In this document: piece after piece, positions 30,924-40,192 of the stretch
How positions within the stretch are numbered: position 1 is the first letter of the stretch
Layout of the letters: every line of letters starts with the position of its first letter
Source of the DNA: an uncultured virus (IMG/VR IMGVR_UViG_3300037087_000757)
Taxonomy: Duplodnaviria; Heunggongvirae; Uroviricota; Caudoviricetes
IMG/VR virus record: IMGVR_UViG_3300037087_000757
Strand: one strand, 5' to 3'
DNA: 64,000 bases
Notes under the pieces: generated by a model
Told to the model about the DNA's origin: nothing
Seen by the model: the letters and a program-made list of their open reading frames with translations, nothing else
Databases searched by the model: none
Made by a program: the position numbers and the translations under genes

Positions 30924-31250
30924 ATGAGTATTATGACAATATCAGACCATTGCCCAAATCAAATTGAATATCTACAAGGTGGGAAAATAATAAATTGGAA
31001 TATACAGAAAATAGAAAAAATAGATGAAATTTCAAATGAAATAAAAATTCAATATCAATTCAATTCAATTAGAGTTGAACTTAATTCTACGCGAGATGAA
31101 ATAATTAATACGATGATACGATATAAATACACCATAAATAATGAATTTGCTCTAATAAATAATTATAATGGGGGTAATGGTTTAGATGATTATGATGAAT
31201 ATCAAAATTACAGAAAAGAATGTAAAGATATAGTAAATTCTATAATTTAA
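30924..31250 (+). CDS. Small protein convergent with the DGR RT; possible fibre chaperone or DGR accessory factor
   Basis: IRYKYT..NEFALINNYN...EYQNYRKECK, a pattern I associate with small tail-region proteins of Bacteroidota phages; late motif at 30900-30910; stop overlaps the RT stop. Confidence 0.55.
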   Translation: MSIMTISDHCPNQIEYLQGGKIINWNIQKIEKIDEISNEIKIQYQFNSIRVELNSTRDEIINTMIRYKYTINNEFALINNYNGGNGLDDYDEYQNYRKECKDIVNSII

Positions 31251-32281
31251 AGAGTATTTTTATTATGTTTAATTATTTCTTTTACATCATCATCAAAATA
31301 TTTATTCCACAAATCAAAAGATTTCGATATTTTAATCCATCCATAATAACTCATGATTCCATTTTCTATCTTACTTATAGATTGTCGTGGATTAGATTTA
31401 ACATTTTTAATTTTTCTTTTAAAATTCTTAGCTATATTTTTTCTAAGATACACTTTTTCACTATCAAATATAATTCCCAAATAATCCAATCTTCTTTTAT
31501 TAATAGGAAATATCTGATGGTTATTTTTCAATTCAAGAGTTAAATTAAAATATAAATAAAATTTCATTTCACATAATAATTTTTGTAAAAATTCTTTATC
31601 TTCATGTAAAACAACCATATCATCACAATATCTAAAATAGTATTTAATTTTCAAATTCTCCTTTATCCAATGGTCAAAATACGAAAGATATAAATTAGCA
31701 AAATATTGTGAAAGATAGTTTCCAATTGGAACACCCCTTGTAGAATCTATTATTTCATCCAGTAACCAAAGAAAATTATTATCTTTAATTTTTCTTCTAA
31801 TTATTTGTTTTAAAATGTCATTATTTATAGATGGATAAAATTTTCTTACATCAATTTTTAAACAATAAATATTCTCCGATGAATTTTCATTTAGTTTTTG
31901 AAAAGATTTCTTAACTCTTCTGAATCCATCATGTACGCCTCTTCTTTTTATAGCCTGATATGTATCTCTAATTAATGTTTTTTTCCAAACAGGTTCTAAA
32001 ATTTGAAGAATGGCATGATGAAGAATTCTATCTGGATAATACGGTAATCTATAAATTTCTCTTTCTTTTCCTCGGTCATTCTTTTTAAAAATTGAATATT
32101 TACTATTTTTAAAAGTTTTATTGATTAAAGATTTTTGTAATTTTTGTAAATAATAATCTTCATTATCATTAACCATTTTTACATCATGATAATATTTCTT
32201 TCCTTTTTGAGCATTTTTATTTGCCAATTTTAAATTATCATAATCGTAAATTTTTTCAAATAAATTATTAATTCTTTTCAT
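31247..32281 (-). CDS. DGR reverse transcriptase
   Basis: KEREI..LPYYPDRILHHA, LKIDVRKFYPSI, GVPIGNYLSQ (DGR-type GxxxSQ), YFRYCDD; 344 aa without maturase or HNH domain. Confidence 0.95.
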   Translation of the reverse strand: MKRINNLFEKIYDYDNLKLANKNAQKGKKYYHDVKMVNDNEDYYLQKLQKSLINKTFKNSKYSIFKKNDRGKEREIYRLPYYPDRILHHAILQILEPVWKKTLIRDTYQAIKRRGVHDGFRRVKKSFQKLNENSSENIYCLKIDVRKFYPSINNDILKQIIRRKIKDNNFLWLLDEIIDSTRGVPIGNYLSQYFANLYLSYFDHWIKENLKIKYYFRYCDDMVVLHEDKEFLQKLLCEMKFYLYFNLTLELKNNHQIFPINKRRLDYLGIIFDSEKVYLRKNIAKNFKRKIKNVKSNPRQSISKIENGIMSYYGWIKISKSFDLWNKYFDDDVKEIIKHNKNTL

Positions 32282-32396
32282 TTAATGGTGTTTTGTTTAG
32301 GACAGAGCCTTCATCTTTTCGAGATTACCAACACTTATTGTCCGATTCATATATTTCACCAAGAGGTGATGTTAATTTCGTTCAATATTTTTTAAC

Positions 32397-32526
32397 AAAC
32401 ACTAACTAAGACCTGATATTACGATTCAGATTCGAAGAGGAATTATTCAAATTGGAATACCAAAAACCACAATTCGACTCATTATTCGAATTACCCCCAA
32501 AATTGAAAACTTTCCATCCAGAACTC
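32397..32526 (-). ncRNA. DGR template repeat (TR)
   Basis: 130-bp ungapped match to 32618-32747; 22 of 23 mismatches fall at TR adenines; 11 AAT codons. Confidence 0.95.
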
Positions 32527-32588
32527 GCGAAATTAACATTTTTAATTTATAATTATTAAAAAATAAAAAGTTTAAATAATTTTCAAAT

Positions 32589-32614
32589 CAAAAATTTTCT
32601 GACGAAAATTTTTG
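32589..32614 (-). promoter_or_regulatory. DGR target-recognition hairpin directly after the target stop codon
   Basis: Perfect 11-bp stem CAAAAATTTTC/GAAAATTTTTG with 4-nt loop (GTCA on the coding strand). Confidence 0.8.
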
Positions 32615-35600
32615 TCAAAACACCAACCAAGACCCGATACTACGACTCAGAATCGAAGAGGAATAATTCAAAAAGGAACACCAAAAACCACAACTCGACC
32701 CATCAAACGAACCAGCCCCAAAAATGAAAACCCCCCACCCAGAACTCTGATAGTAATAATCTGTAATAAAGGTAGAACTTGTTCCACCTATTGTAAGTGG
32801 TAACATTGTCATACTGGATTGAGATATAGTTTTTTGCCATCCATTTACATTACACAATGTTACACCAAGATTAGTATAATTTGTACTCGTATCATCAGCA
32901 AATTGTGTATCTACATTACAAACATAAGGAACATTATTATTTATATTTATTCCATCTATCCATTTATATATGTTTGCATATGGATGCTCAATACCTCTCC
33001 ATTTTAAATATTTTGTTTTTTCTCCAGCACAAGTAGAACCACCAGCATTATTACCCGAACCATTACCAAGTGAATTTCCATTACCATTTAGAACAAATGG
33101 ATTATAATCATTATAAGTTAACCAGTCTCCCACATTTGATACTCCTGCTCCTAAAACTGATTGAGAATAAAATGAACCATATTCAACTAAAAATAAAATT
33201 TGGATTGCATGTAATAAAGCATAATCCATTTGACGCCATCCTATCCCTCTATTTTTAGCCATATTTCTACCCTGTCCTCTTGTAAATTGAATAATAGGTA
33301 TCTTTCCTGATACACTACCTAATTTATCGCCTCCTAAACTGGTGTTCATTTGATTTTGTATTACCGTATTTAAACTTGTTTCTGATGTTAAAGTTTCACT
33401 TACTGTTATTATAGTATCACCAGTTACACTAACAGTAAAAGTTGAATTATTACTTATTGTCCCTGTTATTTTTATTTTATCACCTACTTGTAAGGATGTA
33501 AATGGATTAGTTCTACCAACTTGTGTAATTGTATTACCAGTTGAACTAAATGTAGTTCCTGTAGTAGTTAAATATAATCCATTAGTATAACCACTCAACG
33601 AAGAGTTATATAATACAGCAGGATATGCCCCAACATAACGAGTATTAACTATTGACCCGTTTTTTGTAAATGATTGATGTAATGAATATTTTGGATGGTA
33701 TGGTGAAATATTCCAAGTGTGAGTAGTTGTACCAGAATTATAAGAATATGAATAATAAAATGCAGGAATTTCAACCATTACTTGACCATCACTACCATCT
33801 AAATTAGATGGTGTAATACCATCTAATTTTTTAGTCCAATCTGAAGGACTCAAATAATAATTAACTGTTCCATCATCATTTAATATACAACCTTTCATTG
33901 ATGCATGAATTGGAAGATAAGCATCACCAGCCGATACACCTAATGTCTTTCCAGCTAAATTTCCAGTTCTTGTGTATGTGTCCGTTGTTTCATTCCAACT
34001 AATTCCACCAATAATATAAGTTGACCCCGTATATTGATTAAATAAATTCCAAACTGCTGATTCACTTGGTATATTTGTATTAGAAGGAATAGTTGATATA
34101 GTATTAACAACAGAATATATTGTTGTCAGTCCAGTATTACTATCAGTGGATATTAACCTATTATTTGTTAAACCGGATAAAGAAACTGATGTTCCACTTG
34201 TCCCACTCGTTCCCGAATTTCCACTTGAACCTGATGTTCCACTCGTTCCTGAATTTCCACTTGAACCTGATGTTCCACTCGTTCCTGATGTTCCAGAAGT
34301 TGATGAAGTTCCACTGGTTGAACTCGTTCCACTTGAACCACTTGTTCCTGACGAAGATGATGTTCCATGTGTTCCCGATGCCCCCGATGTTCCGCTGGTT
34401 GCTGATGTTCCATGTGTTCCTGATGCCCCCGAAGTACCACCTGTTCCAGATGTAGAGGATGTTCCACTCGTCCCAGAAGTTGATGAAGTTCCACTACTAC
34501 CAGATGTTCCACTCGACCCAGCCGTTCCACTACTTCCACTTGTTCCATTAACACCTGATGTTCCAGTTAAACCAGAAGTTCCACTTGTTGATGATGTTCC
34601 ACTCGTTCCTGATGTTGATGAAGTTCCACTCGACCCATTTGTACCACTTGTTCCTGATGTAGCGGATGTTCCACTTGTTCCAGATGTTGAAGAAGTTCCA
34701 CTCGAACCAGCCGTTCCACTCGTTCCCGAAGTCGAAGATGTTCCACTTGTTCCCGAAGTCGAAGATGTTCCACTTGTTCCCGATGTACCTGTCGAACCAC
34801 TTGTTCCAGATGATGATGATGTTCCATGTGTTCCAGCGACACCTGATGTTCCACCAGTTCCCGATGTAGAAGAAGTTCCACTCGTACCTGATGTCGAAGA
34901 CGTTCCACTACTTCCTGTTGTTCCACTCGTTCCTGATGAACCACTTGTTCCATTGGCACCTGATGTTCCACTTGTTCCATTGGCACCTGATGTTCCAGAT
35001 GTTCCACTTGTTCCTGATGTGGATGATGTACCAGACGAACCACTTGTACCGTTGGCTCCAGATGTTCCACTCGTTCCTGTTGCTCCTGATGTTCCACTCG
35101 TACCGTTAGCACCTGATGTTCCACTGGTAGCGGATGTTCCACTTGTACCTGAGGTAGATGAAGTACCACTTGAACCACTTGTTCCAGATGATGATGATGT
35201 TCCATGTGTTCCAGCGACACCTGATGTTCCACTCGTACCATTGATACCCGAAGTACCAGCCGTCCCACTTGTTCCCGATGATGATGATGTTCCTGATGTT
35301 CCACTGGATGCACTTGTTCCTGATGTTCCACTTGTTCCACTTGTCGAACTTGTACCACTCGTTGAGGAAGTTCCACTCGTTCCTGTCGAACCCGATGTTC
35401 CACTGGTTGAACTCGTTCCAGCTGTTCCTGATGTTCCTGATGTAGCGGAAGTTCCACTCGTTCCAGCTGAACCACTTGTTCCCGATGTAGCGGAAGTTCC
35501 ACTCGTACCTGATGTCGATGATGTCCCACTCGAACCACTTGTTCCTGATGATGACGATGTTCCGTGTGTTCCAGCTGCCCCTGATGTTCCACTGGTTGAT

Positions 35601-37099
35601 GATGTTCCACTTGACCCTGATGTACCGTTAGCACCTGATGTTCCACTTGTTCCGTTAGCACCTGATGTTCCACTCGTTCCGTTAGCACCACTTGTTCCTG
35701 ATGTTCCAGCTTGACCAGAAGCACCAGCTAAATTCAAAGTCCATGTTGTAAAAGGCCCCGACCCAACAAATGTAGATGAAGAAGTAACTATAAATGCACC
35801 TGTCGATGAATCATAACTAACAATTTTGGCTTCAAAATAATTATTGGAATCATGAGCTATTAATATTGTCTGAGCTACACTATATGCTAAAAATGTACCA
35901 CCAGTGAGATTTATTGTTGTTCCTGATTGAGTTGGAATTGTGATTGAACTATTTGATGTTGATTCGTATTTATCCCCAGCAGCACCAGCCGTTCCAGCTG
36001 TCCCATTAATTCCTGATGTCCCATCTTTTCCAGAAGTTCCACTTGTTCCTAATCCTGAACTTCCTGATGTCCCATTCTGACCAGATGTTCCACCAGTTGA
36101 CGATGTACCGTGTGTACCAGAAGCTCCACTTGTACCTCCTGTTGATGATGTCCCATGTGTTCCATTGGCTCCACTTGTCCCAGAAGTACCACCCGTTGAA
36201 GATGTACCGTGTGTTCCACTTACTCCACTCGAACCACTTGTTCCACCAGTTGATGATGTTCCATGTGTTCCAGATGGACCTATTGTACCCGAAGTTCCAC
36301 TCGTTGAATTTCCAGATGTTCCACTCGTTCCAACATCTCCACTTGTTCCAGAACTACCAATTGATGATGTTCCACTTGTTCCACCAGTTCCGCTCGTTCC
36401 TGTTATTCCTGATGTACCTGTTTTTCCACTGGTTGATGATGTTCCACTCGTTGAATTTCCTGATGTTCCACTTGTACCGGGACTACCTACACCCGATGTT
36501 CCACTTGTTCCGGGACTACCTACACCCGATGTTCCACTCGAACCATCTATTCCACTCGAACCACCTGTTCCGCTATGACCACTCGTTCCATCTCGACCCG
36601 TCTTTCCACTCGACCCCGATGTTCCATGTGTTCCACTTGTACCCGATGTCGAACTTGTTCCCGAACTTCCATTTGTACCACCCACTCCACTTGTTCCACT
36701 CGAACCAAAGAATGTACCGTCAACACCAGAACTACCCGCTGTTCCTGTTTTACCACTCGTTCCATTAGTTCCATGATGGCCTGATAAACCTGATGAACCA
36801 CCTGTGCTCGAAGTACCTGATGTTGAAGATGTTCCAGATGTACCTTTACTACCCGATAATCCGCTTGTTCCACTGGAGCCATAGAAATTACCATCAACAC
36901 CAGATGAACCACTTGTTCCACTTGTTCCCTGAGTTATACCCGTAGTAATACCAGACCAATAAAGTGAATTAACATACCAAACGGTTGCCGCTGAATTCGA
37001 ATCAAAATAAGTTGGGTTATCTAAACTTAGATTATTTTGTTCAATGGTATAGTTTTCAATCTGTTTTCCTTTTTCCTTTAAACCATCTCTCCAAATCAT
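32615..37099 (-). CDS. DGR target: GTS-stalk tail fibre with C-type-lectin-fold variable tip, 1494 aa
   Basis: Long SGT stalks, then LDGSDGQVMVEIPAFY, YVGAY, WRGIEHPYANIYKWIDG and the VR at the C-terminus. Confidence 0.9.
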   Translation of the reverse strand: MIWRDGLKEKGKQIENYTIEQNNLSLDNPTYFDSNSAATVWYVNSLYWSGITTGITQGTSGTSGSSGVDGNFYGSSGTSGLSGSKGTSGTSSTSGTSSTGGSSGLSGHHGTNGTSGKTGTAGSSGVDGTFFGSSGTSGVGGTNGSSGTSSTSGTSGTHGTSGSSGKTGRDGTSGHSGTGGSSGIDGSSGTSGVGSPGTSGTSGVGSPGTSGTSGNSTSGTSSTSGKTGTSGITGTSGTGGTSGTSSIGSSGTSGDVGTSGTSGNSTSGTSGTIGPSGTHGTSSTGGTSGSSGVSGTHGTSSTGGTSGTSGANGTHGTSSTGGTSGASGTHGTSSTGGTSGQNGTSGSSGLGTSGTSGKDGTSGINGTAGTAGAAGDKYESTSNSSITIPTQSGTTINLTGGTFLAYSVAQTILIAHDSNNYFEAKIVSYDSSTGAFIVTSSSTFVGSGPFTTWTLNLAGASGQAGTSGTSGANGTSGTSGANGTSGTSGANGTSGSSGTSSTSGTSGAAGTHGTSSSSGTSGSSGTSSTSGTSGTSATSGTSGSAGTSGTSATSGTSGTAGTSSTSGTSGSTGTSGTSSTSGTSSTSGTSGTSGTSASSGTSGTSSSSGTSGTAGTSGINGTSGTSGVAGTHGTSSSSGTSGSSGTSSTSGTSGTSATSGTSGANGTSGTSGATGTSGTSGANGTSGSSGTSSTSGTSGTSGTSGANGTSGTSGANGTSGSSGTSGTTGSSGTSSTSGTSGTSSTSGTGGTSGVAGTHGTSSSSGTSGSTGTSGTSGTSSTSGTSGTSSTSGTSGTAGSSGTSSTSGTSGTSATSGTSGTNGSSGTSSTSGTSGTSSTSGTSGLTGTSGVNGTSGSSGTAGSSGTSGSSGTSSTSGTSGTSSTSGTGGTSGASGTHGTSATSGTSGASGTHGTSSSSGTSGSSGTSSTSGTSSTSGTSGTSGTSGSSGNSGTSGTSGSSGNSGTSGTSGTSVSLSGLTNNRLISTDSNTGLTTIYSVVNTISTIPSNTNIPSESAVWNLFNQYTGSTYIIGGISWNETTDTYTRTGNLAGKTLGVSAGDAYLPIHASMKGCILNDDGTVNYYLSPSDWTKKLDGITPSNLDGSDGQVMVEIPAFYYSYSYNSGTTTHTWNISPYHPKYSLHQSFTKNGSIVNTRYVGAYPAVLYNSSLSGYTNGLYLTTTGTTFSSTGNTITQVGRTNPFTSLQVGDKIKITGTISNNSTFTVSVTGDTIITVSETLTSETSLNTVIQNQMNTSLGGDKLGSVSGKIPIIQFTRGQGRNMAKNRGIGWRQMDYALLHAIQILFLVEYGSFYSQSVLGAGVSNVGDWLTYNDYNPFVLNGNGNSLGNGSGNNAGGSTCAGEKTKYLKWRGIEHPYANIYKWIDGININNNVPYVCNVDTQFADDTSTNYTNLGVTLCNVNGWQKTISQSSMTMLPLTIGGTSSTFITDYYYQSSGWGVFIFGAGSFDGSSCGFWCSFLNYSSSILSRSIGSWLVF
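32618..32747 (-). repeat. DGR variable region (VR)
   Basis: Encodes SSGWGVFIFGAGSFDGSSCGFWCSFLNYSSSILSRSIGSWLVF; TR frame reads SSGWKVFNFGGNSNNESNCGFWYSNLNNSSSNLNRNIRS*LVF. Confidence 0.95.
36105..36538. repeat. 434-bp direct repeat, copy 2
   Basis: Matches 20519-20952. Confidence 0.9.
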
Positions 37100-37168
37100 T
37101 TTTCGGGTTAGTAAATATTTTTCTTTATATATTAAAATAGAAACTTAGAAAAATTGAAGAAATAAGAT

Positions 37169-39124
37169 TTAGACACTCGTAATCGTCTCCCAATTTGTGA
37201 CACCACCAACCCTTAGTTTATTTAATGATGTATCGAAATAAACGGCTCCTAATTGATAAGTTGGTGCTGATGATTGTTGATATGGAAACATGACCCCATT
37301 AACATATACGGTTGTTCCAGTAATTTGAAATAAGACATTTCCAAGAGCATCAGCGACTATAAATGTACTTCCTGTTGTTTGAGTATTTCCAGTTGCTCCT
37401 ATATGAACTAAGCCACCAAATGGATTTAACATAAGTGGTTGTGGAAAACCACCAAGGGCACTTTGAATACCCCAAGGGGCACTATCGGGCCAATTTGTCA
37501 CTCCCATTGTCGCAATATCTAAATGATAAGCTGCCCCATCGAATCCCAATCTTAACACAGAATGTGGATTATTTACAGAAGTCAATGTTCCACTACCTTC
37601 AACATGAAGAACGGCATCCCATTGATTTATAATATCCCAACCTATACCCATCGAAAATGTGTTTTTATCAAAACTGAAATACTGATTTGTATTATAACCA
37701 TATGTGGCACCTGTATCCCTGAAAACGATTTGATAACTATTACCAATAGCTGGTAAGAAACCACTCGAACCAGAAGTTCCATTGACACCGATATATGTCA
37801 TCGTAACTTTATCGATGATTACATAATCATTAACAGAAGCTACCCCATTCATTCTAAAAAATAAAAATCCACCAAAAACAGTAGAAAATGAAATGGTTGC
37901 TCCAGTAATAACCACACTCGGACTAGCAGAAAATGTACCATATGATACATTATTAGAATCTGTTATTTTTATATCAATACTACTACGATAATTAAATGTT
38001 AAAAGATATGTTGAGTGGGTTAACATTGAATAAGATGTCTCCAGCATATAAATACTATCTGCTGTATCACCACTATGATTACATACAAATTCCTGAGCTT
38101 TATTAGTAAAACCACTAACTCCATTAATTATATAACAAGTAGTGTGAGAACCACTTCTATCCCAATTATCAGCTATACCATCTAAATTACTATCTATCCA
38201 ATCAGTTGTACAATTACCATCACCATTCAAAACTAATGAACAACCATAAGATAATCCATTTTGTCCACTTGTTCCAGAAGTTCCTGTTCCAAATCCACTA
38301 CCTGAAGAAACAAAAGAAATCAAATATTTTTTACCATTTGTTAAAAAACCATTAGCTGAAGCTATCGTGAATCCAGTTATTTGATAAACATTCAAACCTA
38401 CTTTAGTAGTTCCACTATGAAGTAAATAAATACCATAATTCGATAAATTCTCCCAATCCTCAATTTTCAAAATACCAATACCCCATGTATTCATCCATCC
38501 ATCTAAATCATCAAGATTTAAATCTCTTTGGTTGATTGTTATGTATTCAATAAGTGATAAATCATAACTTGAATAAGTATTACTGTAAGCATTAAATAAA
38601 GTCTGGGTTGGATTCGTACTTGTTGTGAATTCCCATAAACGGGAAGCTCCACCATAACCACCATCTCTACCACTACTTCCAGATGTACCGGCACTTCCAT
38701 TCCCACCTACTCCACTACTACCTGCCGTTCCAGAACTTCCTTCAGCAGATGTACCCGAAGAACCCGTTTTTCCACCTGTCCCACTCGTTCCCGTTATACC
38801 CGATGTCCCGGCGGTTGAACTTGTTCCACTTGAACCGATTCCACTTGTACCACTTGTCCCGTTGTTTCCTGTCTTTCCACTCGTACCATTGATACCCGAT
38901 GTTCCATCTACACCCGATGAACCATTTCCGTCTTTTCCACTTGTTCCAGAAGAAGTTGAACCCGTCATCAATGTGATATAAGTATTACCACTGTTGATAT
39001 ACCAGATATTACCGTATTCGTCTTTTTCCCATAAACCAATATTATCCTGTCCAAGATAGACATTTCCGGTATCTGGATTATCAATAGTAAAGGGGCTTAT
39101 TTTCTGAAATTTTCTGAAAGACAT
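37169..39124 (-). CDS. GTS-repeat fibre-like protein (MSFRK family), 651 aa
   Basis: Shared N-module and GYGGASRLW domain; carbohydrate-binding-like insert (LVLNGD...VIIDKVT); C-terminal GAVYFDTSLNKLRV. Confidence 0.8.
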   Translation of the reverse strand: MSFRKFQKISPFTIDNPDTGNVYLGQDNIGLWEKDEYGNIWYINSGNTYITLMTGSTSSGTSGKDGNGSSGVDGTSGINGTSGKTGNNGTSGTSGIGSSGTSSTAGTSGITGTSGTGGKTGSSGTSAEGSSGTAGSSGVGGNGSAGTSGSSGRDGGYGGASRLWEFTTSTNPTQTLFNAYSNTYSSYDLSLIEYITINQRDLNLDDLDGWMNTWGIGILKIEDWENLSNYGIYLLHSGTTKVGLNVYQITGFTIASANGFLTNGKKYLISFVSSGSGFGTGTSGTSGQNGLSYGCSLVLNGDGNCTTDWIDSNLDGIADNWDRSGSHTTCYIINGVSGFTNKAQEFVCNHSGDTADSIYMLETSYSMLTHSTYLLTFNYRSSIDIKITDSNNVSYGTFSASPSVVITGATISFSTVFGGFLFFRMNGVASVNDYVIIDKVTMTYIGVNGTSGSSGFLPAIGNSYQIVFRDTGATYGYNTNQYFSFDKNTFSMGIGWDIINQWDAVLHVEGSGTLTSVNNPHSVLRLGFDGAAYHLDIATMGVTNWPDSAPWGIQSALGGFPQPLMLNPFGGLVHIGATGNTQTTGSTFIVADALGNVLFQITGTTVYVNGVMFPYQQSSAPTYQLGAVYFDTSLNKLRVGGVTNWETITSV

Positions 39125-39172
39125 TTAAGTAATATTTATTTTTATTTCTATATATTAAAAAAAGAATTCATG

Positions 39173-40078
39173 TTAAGTCTTACCCACATATAATCCAGCA
39201 ACAAAGTGTAATGTCCAAGTTCCACCTGGCTGGTCCACAATCACATCTTCGGTGATACCAGATGTTCCACCATGAGGTATATAAGATATTAAATATTTTT
39301 GACCCTCAATTAAAGAGAATCCAGAATTATAAGATGTTAAACCAGTTATAATCACAACATTACCAAGAGTGGATGGTATGGTGTTTACATTATATATCAC
39401 CGCGTTGGATAAGTCATTGAAACTCTCTATTTTTACAGTTCCTAATCTCCAAGCGGTCAACCAACTTAATAAATTCGTACCATCTATGTCATTCTTATTA
39501 ATTCTGATTTCGGTCAATAAACCCATATCAAAACCACCTGTTCCTATTCCGTAGAAATGACCACTCAATGCACTCGGCATTGTATCACCTGTAAAAATCC
39601 ACATACGGGTAGCTGCACCATAACCACCACTTAATCCACTCGAACCACTACTTCCAAAGAAAGTACCATCGACCCCCGATGAACCTGAACTTCCACTACT
39701 CCCCCCTGTTCCACTACTGGATGAAGTTCCTGATGTTCCCGTTTTTCCTGAAGTCCCACTACTACCACCCGTCCCACTAAATCCACTACTGGATGAAGTT
39801 CCTGATGTACCATCTTTACCTGTCTTCCCACTCGTACCGTTGATACCAGATGTACCATTAACACCAGATGTTCCAGCAGTCGCGTTGTTACCACTTGTAC
39901 CTGAAGATGTCGAACCAGTAACAATCGTCAAATAAGTTATTCCGCTTTGGATGTAGTTGACATTACCAAACTCGTCTTTTTCCCAAAGACCTGAATTACT
40001 GTAACCAAGATAAATGAAACCCGAATCTGGATTTGTTACCGTTGAGGGGTCAATTATCTGTATTTTTCTGAAACTCAT
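39173..40078 (-). CDS. Short GTS-repeat fibre-like protein (MSFRK family), 301 aa
   Basis: N-module, one stalk, GYGAATRMW domain, short TLHFVAGLYVG tail. Confidence 0.8.
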   Translation of the reverse strand: MSFRKIQIIDPSTVTNPDSGFIYLGYSNSGLWEKDEFGNVNYIQSGITYLTIVTGSTSSGTSGNNATAGTSGVNGTSGINGTSGKTGKDGTSGTSSSSGFSGTGGSSGTSGKTGTSGTSSSSGTGGSSGSSGSSGVDGTFFGSSGSSGLSGGYGAATRMWIFTGDTMPSALSGHFYGIGTGGFDMGLLTEIRINKNDIDGTNLLSWLTAWRLGTVKIESFNDLSNAVIYNVNTIPSTLGNVVIITGLTSYNSGFSLIEGQKYLISYIPHGGTSGITEDVIVDQPGGTWTLHFVAGLYVGKT

Positions 40079-40192
40079 GTGGTGGAAAGTTCTTTTTCTT
40101 ATATATAAAAAAGCAAAGAATTAAAAACCATTTTTAATATTTAATATATATAGTATAATCAATGACAATCCTCTAAAACAATAATATTAAAA

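Noticed and set aside
31247..32281. RT as group II intron, retron or Abi RT
   Set aside because: GxxxSQ motif, small size and the adjacent adenine-specific TR/VR pair identify a DGR.
19503..36921. Long alternative-frame and antisense ORFs (VPLVPDV..., EQVEH..., MFHL...)
   Set aside because: Shadows of the SGT triplet repeats, which lack stops in other frames; they begin and end with the repeats.
24900..36930. Recurrent GTTCCACTTGTTCC-like units as a CRISPR array
   Set aside because: No constant repeat with unique spacers; these are 9-nt coding units and no cas genes are present.
16817..40078. Additional DGR variable regions in the other fibre genes
   Set aside because: None of their C-termini resembles the TR by eye; remote targets outside the window cannot be excluded.
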